Origin: Squalus acanthias
Taxonomy: Eukaryota
Direction: 5' to 3'
NCBI GenBank assembly: GCA_030390025.1
Contig: CM059432.1
Span: 5,518,001 to 5,582,000 of the forward strand
DNA: 64,000 nucleotides
In this document: positions 25,545-37,275 of the stretch, piece after piece
Numbering within the stretch: position 1 is the first letter of the stretch
Layout of the letters: every line of letters begins with the position of its first letter
The notes under the pieces: generated by a model
Told to the model about the DNA's origin: nothing
Seen by the model: the letters and a program-made list of their open reading frames with translations, nothing else
The model's database searches: none
Made by a program: the position numbers and the translations under genes

Positions 25545-26435
25545 ATAAGATTCTGAGGGTGATTGACAGGGTAGATGCTGAGAGGTTGTTTCCGCTGACT
25601 GGAGAGTCTCGAACTAGGGGCATAGTCTCAGGATAAGGGGTCGGCCATTTAGGACTGAGGAGGAATTTCTTCACTCAGAGGGTTGTGAATCCTTGGAATT
25701 CTCTTCCCCAGAGGGCTGTGGATGCTGAATCGTTGAGTATATTCAAGGCTGAGATCGATAGATTTTTGGACTCTAGGGGAATCAAGGGATATGGGGATCG
25801 GGCGGGAAAGTGGAGTTGAGGTCGAAGATCAGCCATGATCTTATTGAATGGCGGAGCAGGCTCGAGGGGCCCAATGGCCGACTCCTGCTCCGAATTCTTA
25901 CGTTCTAATGGCCCCCCATATCATGCACTCACATCTCTCTCTCCTCCCTTAAGATGCTCATTAAGACCTACCTCTTTGACCAAGCTTTTAGTTACCTTTT
26001 AGTCCTAATATCTCCTTTTTTGGCTCCATGAAAATTTTTGTCTGATTACTCTCCTGTGAAAGGCGCAGTATAAATGTAGGTTATTGATTGCCAATTTATG
26101 GACAGTTTTGTACTGTGAACCCACATCCACTGGGAGCAAGGTAGAAAAAAAAAACAAGCCTTACATTTGAAAAGTGCTCATTATGTGAGTTACGCAACTT
26201 ACCTGTTGATTGTTACAGGCAAACACAGCCACTCATTTGCATATATACAAATCCCACAAACAGCAATGAAATGAACAATCATTCTGTTTTGAACATTATT
26301 TGTGCCGGTCCTACTCTGGTCCCCTCCCTCCCCCTCTTTTTCCGGTACATCGATGACTGTATCGGTGCCGTTTCCTGCTCTCGCCCTGAACTAGAAAATT
26401 TCATTCACTTTGCTTTCAATTTCCACCCTTCCCTC

Positions 26436-26730
26436 ACCTTCACATGGTCCATCTCCGACTCTTCCCTTCCCTTCCCTCACCTTCACACGGTCCATCTCCG
26501 ACTCTTCCCTTCCCTTCCTCACCTTCACACGGTCCATCTCCGACTCTTCCCTTCCCTTCCTCACCTTCACACGGTCCATCTCCGACTCTTCCCTTCCCTT
26601 CCTCACCTTCACACGGTCCATCTCCGACTCTTCCCTCCCCTTCCTCACCTTCACACGGTCCATCTCTGACTCTTCCCTTCCCTTCCTCACCTTCACATGG
26701 TCCATCTCCGACTCTTCCCTCCCCTTCCTC
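26436..26730 (+). repeat. 42-bp minisatellite, 7 copies, inside the Penelope RT
   Basis: Unit ACCTTCACACGGTCCATCTCCGACTCTTCCCTTCCCTTCCTC (TFTRSISDSSLPFL). The span is 295 nt = 7x42+1. Confidence 0.95.
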
Positions 26731-28062
26731 GACTTCTCTGTCTCCATCTCTGGGGATAGGCTAATGACCAACATTCACTATAAGCCCACTGACTCCCACA
26801 GCTACCTGGACTACACTTCCTCCCACCCCGCTTCCTGTAAGGACTCTATTCCATTCTCCCAGTTTCTCTGTCTCCGTCGTATCTGTTCTGACGATGCCAC
26901 CTTCCATATTAGTGCTTCCAATATGTCTTCCTTTTTCTTCAACCGAATATTCCACTCTACTGTGGCTGACACGGCCCTCAACCGTGTCCATTCCATTTCC
27001 CCGCACTTCTGCTCTCACCCCTTCCCCTCCCTCCCAGAACCACGATCGGGTTCCCCTTGTCCTCACCTTTCACCCCACCAGCCTCCACATTCAATGAATC
27101 ATCCTGCGCCATTTCCACCACCTCCAGCGTGATCTCACCACCAAACATATCTTCCCCTCACCTCCCCTTTCAGCATTCCGAAGGGACTGCTCCCTCTGCG
27201 ATACCCTGGTCCACTCCTCAATCACCCCCTAACAGCACTGTGGGAGTACCATCACCACACGGACCGCAGCGGTTCAAGGAGGCGGCTCACCACCACCTTC
27301 TCAAGGGCAACTAGCGATGGGCAATAAATGCTGGCCTTGCCAGCGATGCCCACATCCCATGAACGAATTAAAAAAAACCTCCACTTTGCTCGGCACCTTA
27401 CCGTGCAAGTGCAGGAGATGCAACACCTGCCCTTTTACCTCCTCCCTTCCCACTGTCCAGGGCCCCAAACACTCCTTCCAGGTGAAACAGCGATTTACTT
27501 GTACTTCTTGCAATTTAGTATACTGTACTCGCTGCTCACGATGTGGTCTCCTCTACATTGGGGAGACCAAACGCAGATTGGGTGACCACTTTGCGGAACA
27601 CCTCCGTTCAGTCCTTAAGCGTGACCCCGAGCTTCCGGTCGCCTGTCTCTTTAATTCTCCGCTCCACTCCCACTCTGACCTCTCTGTCCTCTGCCTCCTA
27701 CACTGTTCCAACGAAGCTCAACGTAAGCTCGAGGAACAGCACCTCATCTTTCGATTAGGCACTTACAGTCTTCTGGACTCAACATCGAGTTCGACAATTT
27801 CAGACTGTAACCTCTGCCCCTATGTTTTCACATGGCAGCTGTCGATGATTCTGCCATTGCAATTTACACCTCCTCTAGACCCATCTTTTGTTTCTTTACT
27901 TGTCCCATTACCATCTCCTTTTGCCTCGCACCATCATCCCTTTTGTCATTAATCTCTCCTGCCTTCCACCCTATCACAGACCTTCCCTTTTGTTCTTTCC
28001 TCCCTCCCCGCTTTCCCTGCCCCTGCACTTGCTTAAAATCTGTTATATCTCCAACTTTTTCC

Positions 28063-28099
28063 AGTTCTGACGAAGGGTCATCGACCTGAAACATTAACT
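28063..28099 (+). ncRNA. Minimal hammerhead ribozyme core (helix III mutated)
   Basis: AGTT CTGACGA A GGGTC-ATC-GACCT GAAA CATT AACT. Confidence 0.7.
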
Positions 28100-28709
28100 C
28101 TCCACAGATGCTGCCTGACCTGCTGAGCGTTTCCAGCATTTTCTGTTCTTATTTCAGATTTCCAGCATCGGCAGTATTTTGCTTTTGAACCATTCTGTTT
28201 TGTTGGTTTTAGTTGAGGGCAGAATGTCAGGGCACCAGGAGATCTCCCAGCTCTGCCGCAGAGGATCTTTAATGCCGAGCTGAAGAGGCAGGTTGGGCCT
28301 CGGCTTAACGTCTCAACGTCTCAGCCAATAGGCAGCAAGTCTGACAAGGCAACACTCCTTGGACCATTGCAGTGGGGTCCTTGAACGCCCAAATCCGGGC
28401 ACATCTCTCCCGCAACTCCATGTTTCAGCCTCTCCAATCCGGGGTCCACCCCTGCCACAGCACTGAAACAGCCATGTAAAAGTCACAAGTGATATCCTGT
28501 GACTGTGGTGCACTATCCCTCCCGACCTGTCTGCAGCCGTTGTCACGGGTGACCACACAATCCTCCTCCAATACCTCTCCTCCGTCATCCAGCTGGGTGG
28601 GACTGCCCGCGCCTGCTTCCATTCTTGTCTATCCTGTCGTAGCCAGAGAATTTCCTGCAATGGCTTCTCTTCCTGCTCCTGCTCCATTGTCTCTGGTGTC
28701 CCCCGAGGA

Positions 28710-29500
28710 TAGAAACATAGAAGATAGGAGCAGGAGTAGGCCATTCGGCCCCTCGAGCCTGCTCCGCCATTTAATGAGATCATGGCTGATCATCCAAATT
28801 CAGTACCCTGTCCCTGCCTTCTCCCCATATCCCTTGATCCCTTTAGCCTTAAGAAATATATCTAACTCCTTCTTGAATATATTTAATGAATTGGACTCAA
28901 CTGTCATCTGTGGTAGAGAATTCCACAGGTTCACCACTCTCTGGGTGAAGAAATTCCTCCTCATCTCAGTCCTAAATGGCTTACCCCTTATCCTTAGACT
29001 GTGACCTCTGGTTCTGGACTCCCCCGCCATCGGGAACATCCTTCCTGCATCTAGTCTGTCTAGTCCTGTTAGAATTTTATAAGTTTCAATGAGATCCCCT
29101 CTCATTCTTCGAAACTCTAGCGAATACAAGCCTAATCGACCCAATCTCTCTTCATACGTCATTCCTGCCATCCCAGGTATCAGTCTGGTGAATCTTCGCT
29201 GCACTCCCTCCATGGCAAGAACATCCTTCCTCAGATAAGGCGACCAAAACTGCACACAATACTCAAGGTGTGGTCTCACCAAGGCCCTGTACAACTGCAG
29301 CAAGACATCCTTGCTCCTGTACTCGAATCCTCTCGCTATGAAGGCCAACATACCATTTGCCTTCTTAACCGCCTGCTGCACCTGCATGCTTACCTTCAGC
29401 GACTGGTGCACAAGGACACCCAGGTCTCGTTGCACTTCCCCTTTTCCCAATCTATTGCCGTTCAGATAATAATCTGCCTTCCTGTTTTTGACACCAAAGT
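28710..29500 (-). mobile_element. CR1 LINE 3' fragment
   Basis: ORF 28800-29450 encodes the CR1 RT C-terminus, followed by the 3' UTR and tail. Confidence 0.9.
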
Positions 29501-29570
29501 GGATATCCTTGGCCTCCTCCTATTTCTCATCTATTCGCTGCACCTCGGCGACATCATCCGAAAACACAAT

Positions 29571-30336
29571 GGCCCAGAAATTCGGGTCTCCACGGGTGAG
29601 TACGCACTGTGTACTCACCCGTAGGGCCACCGGAAGTGCCGATTTCGTGCATGCACTGCGCATGCACGGGAAACCGGAACTTCCGGTCTCGTGAAGGAAG
29701 GGGTTCGTGGGTCAAACGCGTGCGCGGGAGAGGCAGCGAGCACGCAGCGAACTTCGGCTTTTTTTACAGGTTTCTCCATGCGGGTAAGTCCCTGGCAGCT
29801 GCGCGGGGAAAAAGCAGGCGCAAGGCCTGCTTTTAACAAGGTAAGTGGTGAATTAAGTAAAATTAAAACATTTTTTCCACAGGTTTATTATTTTTAAATA
29901 CTTTAAAGAAAGGTAAGTTTATTTTTAGCCCCATTAAAAACTGTAATTCATTTTTTCAAAAATTTAAATTATTGTTTAAAATAGTTATTTTATGTAATTT
30001 ATAGTTATTTTAAAAATGTGATGTTTTTTTAAAAATTTATTTGAAGTTTTAGTTAGGTTTTGAGGCCGATCTCTATTCATAGATTTGACAGGTCTTCCTG
30101 TCAAATCTATGAATGGAGATTCCCTGCTCCGATTGGCTCTCCATGGCCCACGTGATTCCAGGGGACGCTTCGAACTAACTGCGCCCCTGGGATACGCGAG
30201 CACTGCACACCGGCAGCTGGAGGAGGCCCAGGATCCTGAAGTCCACGCGGGCCCACAGCACAACGGCAGGCGCGCTATGTAAGTGCACCCGCTATGCTTG
30301 CACCCGCGGGAAGCCTCCGACCCGAATTTCTGGCCC
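29571..30336. mobile_element. PIF/Harbinger-type MITE
   Basis: 16-bp TIRs GGCCCAGAAATTCGGG / CCCGAATTTCTGGCCC (1 mismatch) and a 3-bp TSD AAT. It splits an L2 RT sequence cleanly. Confidence 0.85.
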
Positions 30337-31040
30337 AATGTCAGGTTCCACATGTACGCTGACGACACCCAGCTGTACCTCACCCCCCGACCTCTCTCGA
30401 CCCAAGGCTGAGCAAGACTGTTCGCAACCTTGGCGTCGTATCAGACCCTGAGCTGAGCTTCCGGCCCCATATCCTCTCCATCACTAAGACTGCCTACTCC
30501 CACCTCCGTAATATCGCCCGTCTCTGCCCCTGCCTCAACCCATCTGCTGCTGAAACCCTCGTCTCTGCTTTTGTTACCTCCAGACTCGACTATTCCGATG
30601 CTCTCCTGGCCGACCTCCCATCTTCCACCCTCAGTAAACTTCAGTTCATCCAAAACTCTGCTGCCCCATGTCCTAACTCACACCAAGTCCCGTCCACCCA
30701 TCAGCACCCCTGTAATCACCGTCATAAATTAGCTACCGGTCCAGCAACACCTCCTCTATCTCTAGCCTATCAAAACCTTTCATAATCTTAAACAACTCTA
30801 TCAGGTTTAATTGAAAACTCAAAAAGGCACCAGCCTCTGCTTTTTGTTAGAGGGGGGTGGGGCGGGGGGGCGGAGGGAGGTTGTAGCACTGGATTCCTAG
30901 TGGTATGTACGGAAAGGTAATTAGATGTTCACTTGTAATTTCTTTCAAATAGGTTTACAATAAATACCTTGACTGCGGAGAGAACAGTATCAGCTGCTTT
31001 ATAGTAATGCACTCAACATTATTTTCTGCCCATATTACAG

Positions 31041-31163
31041 GAATTGACTTCTGCGTCCAGGCCAGGCACAACTGTGAACATGATTGCGTGAGCACGGAAG
31101 ACAGTTACCTCTGCAGATGTCGGATAGGATACATACTTAACCCCGACGGAAAGACCTGCCAGC
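31041..31163 (+). CDS. MATN2: Matrilin-2 coding exon 5, EGF-like repeat 3
   Basis: ttacag acceptor and GTACGT donor; 123 nt. IDFCVQARHNCEHDCVSTEDSYLCRCRIGYILNPDGKTCQ. Confidence 0.93.
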
Positions 31164-31896
31164 GTACGTCCTTCACCATCCATCTCACCACTTACTCTCT
31201 TCGCTTTCTGTTAAACCTTGCCCTATAATAGAAGAAAGAAAGTCTTGCATTTCTATAGCGCCTTTCATGACCACCGGACGTCCCAAAGCGCTTTACAGCC
31301 AATGAAGTACTTTTTGAAGTGTTGTAATGTAGGAAACACGGCAGCCAATTTGCGCACAGCAAGCTCCCACAAACAGCAATGTGATAATGACCAGATAATC
31401 TGTTTTAGTGATGTTGGTTGAGGGATACTTCAAAATAGTGCCTTTCTTTGAAATAGTGGCCCTGGGATCTTTTACATCCACCTGAGAGAGCAGACAGGCC
31501 CTCGGTTTAACGTCTCATCTGAAAGACGGCACCTCCGACAGTGCAGCACTCCCGCAGCCCTGCACTGGAGTGTCAGCCTAGCTTTTTGTGCTCAAGTCCC
31601 TGGGGTGGGACTCTGAACCCACAACCTTCTGACTCAGAGGCAAGTGTGCTGCCCACTGAGCCACAGCTGACACTACAAATGAGGAGTTCATTTATTCTAA
31701 TCCAACGAATATTTGCAGAAACGTTCATTTGGTCATGTCCTGAGCTTAGGTTTTACCTCTGATTGTCGGCAACAGAAAACAGTACAACAGCTGGACATGA
31801 TTATTAAAATGTCCCCATCAATCAAACCACACTAGGAGGTCCACCAGTCTAGCTTTGCACGGGAGAGTCCAGATTCAGGGGTGGCTATTCAGTAAC

Positions 31897-32355
31897 TGTC
31901 AGCCGTGGCTCAGTGGGTAGCACCCTCGCCTCGGAGTCAGAAGGTTGTGGGTTCAAGTCCCACTCCAGAGACTTGAGCACAAAAATCTAGGCTGACACTC
32001 CAGTGCAGTACTGAGGGAGCACTGCACTGTTGGAGATGCCGTCTTTCGGATGAGATGTTAAACCGAGGCCCCGCCCGCTCTCAGGTGGATGTAAAAGATC
32101 CCACGGCCACTATTTTGAAGAAGAGCAGGGGAGTTATCCCCGGTGTCCTGGGCTAATATTTATCCCTCCATCAACATCACTAAAACAACAGATTATCTGG
32201 TCATTATCACATTGCTGTTTGTGGGAGCTTGCTGTGCGCAAATTGGCTGCCGCATTTCCCACATTACAACAGTGACTGCACTCCAAAAAGTACTTCATTG
32301 GCTGTAAAGCACTTTGGGACGTCGTAAAAGGCGCTATAGAAATGCAAGTCTTTCT
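31897..32355 (+). mobile_element. tRNA-derived DeuSINE (SacSINE1-like), full length
   Basis: A box TGGCTCAGTGG, B box GGTTCAAGTCC, a Deu-like core (GCCGTCTTTCGGATGAGA..AAAGATCCC) and an L2-like tail. Other copies lie at about 3232-3693, 17490-17940, 20482-20945, 31240-31672(-), 36278-36520, 38570-39018(-), 47490-48505(-) and 61653-61840. Confidence 0.8.
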
Positions 32356-33801
32356 TTAATTACAAGAAATTAAAACCAGACAGAACAGGCCCAGTTTTTA
32401 ATTGCTGGATTCTTAAAAAAAAATAGCTGTGCAGATAACCAAAATTGGTCTGCTGAGTATGCACAAGTTGGCCTCCATATTTCACATGGGTGATCATGCT
32501 CATTTTGCATAAAGATTTTTGATTTGATAACGGCCCGCCCTCATTAACTGGACAAATGATGGCCATTCCAAACCGCACCTTTGACTTCTCAGCACTGCTT
32601 TGCCTCACACTGAACATTATTTCAGTATGAAGGCCATTGCAGTGCACGCGTGCTTTTATCTCAGGGGGCGGGGTGGGGGGGTGGGGGGGGGTATGGAAAG
32701 CTAGATAAAGGCCGAGAACCAGAGGACACAGATTTAAGGTGATCGACAGAAGGACCAAAGGCGACATGAGGAAAAGTTTTTTACGCAGCGAGTGGTTAGG
32801 ATCTGGAATGCACTGCCCGAGAGGGTGGGGGAGGCAGATTCAATCGTGGCTTTTTCAAAAGGGAGTTGGATAAGTACCTGAAGGAAAAGAAATTTGCAGA
32901 GCTACGGGGAAAGGGCGGGAGAGTGGGACTGGCTGAAGGGCTCTTGCAGAGAGCCGGCACAGGCTCAACGGGCTGAACGGCCTCCTTCTGTGCTGTAACT
33001 GTTCTATGATTCTATGATTCTAAGTACGCGGGAGAAAGGAATAGAAGGATATGCTGAGAGGATGAGATGAAGAGGGGTGGGAGGAGGCTTGGGTGGAGTA
33101 TAAACACCGGCATGGACCAGTTGGACCGAATGGTCCGTTTCTGCGCTAAACATTCTGTGTAATTTCCTGTGTAGTCATCCAAAATTGGAGCCTCCCTCCC
33201 CCTACCCAAGAATACTTGGACGTGTGGCAAACTCCACGGCCATTTCGTTGACTTTAGATTCACCTAGCTCAAGCCCTCCCTCTACAGGATGGAGAGCTCA
33301 CTGCAACGCCATCCATCGCGATAGGTTAAAGATAGAATGTAAATCTTACCCGACCACACGGACTGAAACTATTCTAGGGCCTGGTGACAAATATAACTTT
33401 TTTTTTAGGCCGGACCTGTATAATTAAATAAACAGGCAGAAGATTCTTAAAATAAATTGCTTAGCATACATTGGCTGGGGGAGAAAAATAGCCGTGGGAA
33501 TTGCCAGGAGAATGGCATTAATGCCTGGCGGCTTTGTGACACTATTCACATAAGAACATAAGAACTAGGAGCAGGAGTAGGCTGTGTTTTTTCGTTGCAT
33601 TGTCCTAGTCCTTCTCACTCGGGCCTGGTATGTATCTGATTTGAGAATTGGAGTGTGTTTGTGCCTGGCACGAGAGTGGGAGTGTGTGAGAGAGATGGGA
33701 TACTGGCGTTTTCATTGAATGACAGTGGGTCTGACTGGCTTTCCAACCCCCCCCCCGCCGACCCCTGTATGGATCAACTTACTAAGTAAACTCGACATGA
33801 T

Positions 33802-34650
33802 GGCCCGGAATTTACGGTGGGTAATAACAGCGAATGAACAGCGCTCGCCGTTATTACCCCTTTGAAACTGACCGCAGAAATCCTGACGTTGCGGTCAGTC
33901 ATTCACTGCTCCGACACTGGCTGCGCTGTGGCCCCTCCCCTCCTCCCCAATAGCCGACAATCAGTGTAATCGGGGAAACTGTCGAAAACTTCTGCTTTTC
34001 CGCGGTAATATCGCTGTTAAACACCCCACTGAAAGTTAGACCCTGTTGGATTAGGTGTAAGTGGGGTTTTAGCAGCGCATTGACTGCGACACAAAGGTTA
34101 TGGCCCTGAAAAAACTAGCTCTAATTTTGTGGTGTGTCAAATTTCTCCATGATAATAAAAATTACAATTTTTAAGAAACTTTAAAAAGAAAAATTATATA
34201 TTTTTTTTAAAGTTTGTTCATATTTATTTCAGGTTGGCCTGTTTCCCCCATGCGAGAGCCCCGAATCTTTATTTTGCTCTCTCGAACATTTTTCAGAAGT
34301 CAGATTAAAAGCAGCTTCTTCACTTCCTGCTTCCGTCTGTGAGAATTCTGCAATGTGATTGGCTGCTTAGACAGCATGTTGACGTCACGGCAGATTCCCG
34401 TGAATTCCCACCAACGTTCCGTCTTATTTTATTTTGGGCGGGCGGCCCCTTTAAGGGGCTGCGTGGCCCGTTCACAGTTTCGCGCAGACGCGCACCTCGT
34501 AGGGATCGTTGATTCCCACTACACTGATCTCACTTGCACGTTGAGAAAGGCAAACTTCTCGCCACAGAGATGGCGAGATCTAAGCGGGCAGCTTTCTTCG
34601 GGGCCATCGGCAAACGCCTTCGCTTCGCCGCTGGCCGCAAATTTCGGGTC
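33802..34650. mobile_element. Harbinger-type MITE with a nested hAT MITE
   Basis: Imperfect TIRs GGCCCGGAATTT / AAATTTCGGGTC, with GC-rich arms and an AT-rich core. Confidence 0.65.
34412..34511. mobile_element. hAT-type MITE
   Basis: Ends CAACGTTCC / GGATCGTTG with a perfect 8-bp TSD ATTCCCAC. Confidence 0.8.
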
Positions 34651-34764
34651 ATTACATAGAACTTGCAGCACAGAAAACAGGAAATTCAGCCCAACTCACT
34701 GGAGTAGGGAATTGCAGTCTAAATCCACGTCCTAAAACGTCAAGTCATCCCATACTGCTTTTCT

Positions 34765-35442
34765 TCCATAAGAACATAAGAAATAGGAGCAGGAGTAGGC
34801 CATACGGCCCCTCGAGCCTGCTCCGCCATTCAATAAGATCATGGCTGATCTTCGACCTCAACTCCACTTTCCCACCCGATCCCCATATCCCTTGATTCCC
34901 CTGGAGTCCAAAAATCTATCGACCTCAGCCTTGAATATACTCAAAGACTCAGCATTCACAGCCCTTTGTGGTAGAGAATTCCAAAGATTCACAACCCTCT
35001 GAGTGAAGAAATTCCTCCTCATCTCAGTCTTAAATGGCCTATCCCTTATCCTGAGACTATGCCCCCTAGTTCTAGACACTCCAGCCAGGGGAAACAACCT
35101 CTCAGCATCTACCCTGTCAATCCCCTTCAGAACCTTGTATGTTTCAATGAGATCACCTCTCACTCTTCTAAACTCCAGAGAGTATAGGCCCATTCTACAC
35201 AATCTCTCATCATAGGACAGCCCTCTCATCCAGGAATCAATCTAGTGAACCTTCATTGCACCGCCTCCAAGGCAAGTATATCCTTCCTTAGATAAGGAGA
35301 CCAAAACTGTGCACCGTACTCCAGGTGTGGTCTCAGCATGGCCCTGTACAATTGTAGCAAGACTTCCTTACTCTTGTACTCCAACCCCCTTGCAATAAAG
35401 GCCAACATGCCATTTGCCTTCCTAACTGCTTGCTGTACCTGT
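34765..35442 (-). mobile_element. CR1 LINE 3' fragment
   Basis: ORF 34858-35229 encodes the CR1 C-terminus, with the tail near 34770. Confidence 0.88.
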
Positions 35443-35616
35443 TAACCAAAAACAAGATTTCCTGGACCTGCGTTTATAACGTTACCTCCTGCACAGGGAC
35501 TAAAAAGCATGCATTAAATATTTATTTGAGATTAGCAATGAGCACCCTCATGACATGAACCTATGTGTTGGCCATGCTCTATGCTTAATGTCCATTCTTA
35601 TGTTTGGCTGCTGTAG

Positions 35617-36030
35617 AGTGTTCCGATGAAGCAATCGACCTTGTCTTCATCATTGACGGATCCAAAAGCCTTGGGGCACGGAATTTCCAATCGGTGAAAC
35701 AGTTTATCAGCAACATGGTGGATGCGTTGGAAGTTGCACCGAACGCAACTCGAGTGGGCCTGGTGCAGTACTCCACGAAAGTCCGGACGGAATTCCCTCT
35801 CCGACGCTACAGCACGGCCAACGAGGTCAAGGCGGCAGTGAGCCGCGCGAAATACATTGGCCGAGAGGCCGTGACAGGACTCGCTCCAAAGCACATCTTT
35901 AGAAACAGTTTCAAGGTGGCCGAGGGGGCTCGAGCGCTTTCGGAGAACGTCCCAAAGATAGCGATCGTGTTCACTGACGGGCGTGCGCAGGTCGACGTCG
36001 CAGAATGGGCAAATAAAGCAAAGCAGAACG
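35617..36030 (+). CDS. MATN2: Matrilin-2 coding exon 6, vWA2 N-terminal part
   Basis: ctgtag acceptor and G|GTAATG donor; 414 nt. CSDEAIDLVFIIDGSKSLG..NF..VKQF...IVFTDGRAQ.DV.EWA.KAKQNG is a MATN2-type vWA2. Confidence 0.94.
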
Positions 36031-36671
36031 GTAATGTGCCCGGCTGCATTTCAACATTGTAATGACAACCAAAAAGGGTAATCTCCCATAGAATCACACA
36101 GCACAGGAGGTCCTTCGGCTCATCGTGCCTGTGCCGGCTCTCTGAAAGAGCTCTCCAATTAGTCCCACTCTCCCCTGCTCTTTCCCCGTAGTGCTGCCAA
36201 TTTTTCCTTTAAGTGTTTATCCAATTCCCTTTTGAAAGTTACTATCCACCACCCTTTGAGGCAATGCAATCTAGATCAGCTGTGGCTCAGTGGGCAGCAC
36301 GCTCACTTGAGTCAGAAGGTTGTGGGTTCAAGTCCCACTCTAGAGACTTAAATGCAAAAATCTAGGCTGACGCTCGCAGTGCTGAGGAAGTGTTGCACTG
36401 TCGGAGGTGCCATCTTTCAAACGTTAAACCGAGACCTTGTATGCACTCTTGGGTGGATATAAAAGATCCCATGGCACTATTTCGAAGAAAAGCAGGGGAG
36501 TTATCCCCGGTATCCTGGCCAAAAAAAAGTTGGTGGAGTACAGCTAGACTGCATATGCTGAGTGTTGTAAATTTTGAACATAATCATAGTCATACTCTTG
36601 ACTCAATCTTTTAACTTACTTAAATTCTAATTATTTAGGAATATTGGTTTCCAATTGTGGATAAAACATTA

Positions 36672-37275
36672 CATAGAATTTAAGAGCAGGGAGGTTATGA
36701 TGGAGCTGTACAAAACGCTAGTTAGGCCACAGCTGGAATACTGTGTGCAGTTCTGGTCGCCACACTATAGGAGGGATGTGATTGCATTGGAGAGAGTGCA
36801 GAGGAGATTCACCAGGATGTTACCTGGGCTGGAGTGCTTCAGCTGTGAAGAGAGACTGGACAGGCTGGGGTTGTTTTCCTTAGAGCAGAGAAGGCTGGGG
36901 GGGTGGGGGGGGGACCTGATTGAGGTGTACAAAATTATGAGGGGCATAGATAGGGTAGATAGAAAGGAACTTTTCCCCTTAGTAGAGGGGTCAATAACCA
37001 GGGGGCATAGTTTCAAGGTAAGGGGCAGGAGGTTTAGAGGGGATTTGAGGAAAAACTTTTTCACCCAGAGGGTGGTTGGAATCTGGAACTCTCTGCCTGA
37101 AAGGATGGTAGAGGCAGGAACCCTCACAACATTCAAGAAGCATTTAGATGAGCACTTGAAACGCCATAGCATACAAGGCTACGGACCAAGTGCTGGAAAA
37201 TGGGATTAAAATAGACAGGGCTTGATGGCCGGCGCAGACACGATGGGCCTCTTTCTGTGCTGTATAACTCTATGA
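36672..37275 (+). mobile_element. CR1 LINE 3' fragment (second subfamily)
   Basis: LYKTLVRPQLEYCVQFWSP...FFTQRVVGIWNSLP. Confidence 0.88.

Larger units (their letters stand above)
26330..28190 (+). mobile_element. Penelope-like element (family A): RT C-terminus, GIY-YIG and 3' repeat
   Basis: Encodes FRYIDD, LPFLD..IS, YKPTDSHSYLDY.SSHP and NLVYCTRCSRCGLLYIGETKRRLGDHFAEH. A LINE tail is nested at about 27225-27378. Confidence 0.9.

Noticed and set aside
26436..26730. CRISPR-like array or repeat protein
   Set aside because: The units are head-to-tail with no unique spacers and lie inside a retroelement.
15272..36062. Collagen VI, MATN1, MATN3 or MATN4 identity for the vWA gene
   Set aside because: Two vWA domains, EGF repeats, a CxC coiled coil and the AT-AC intron define a matrilin. 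Signature residues and adjacency to RPL30 favour MATN2.
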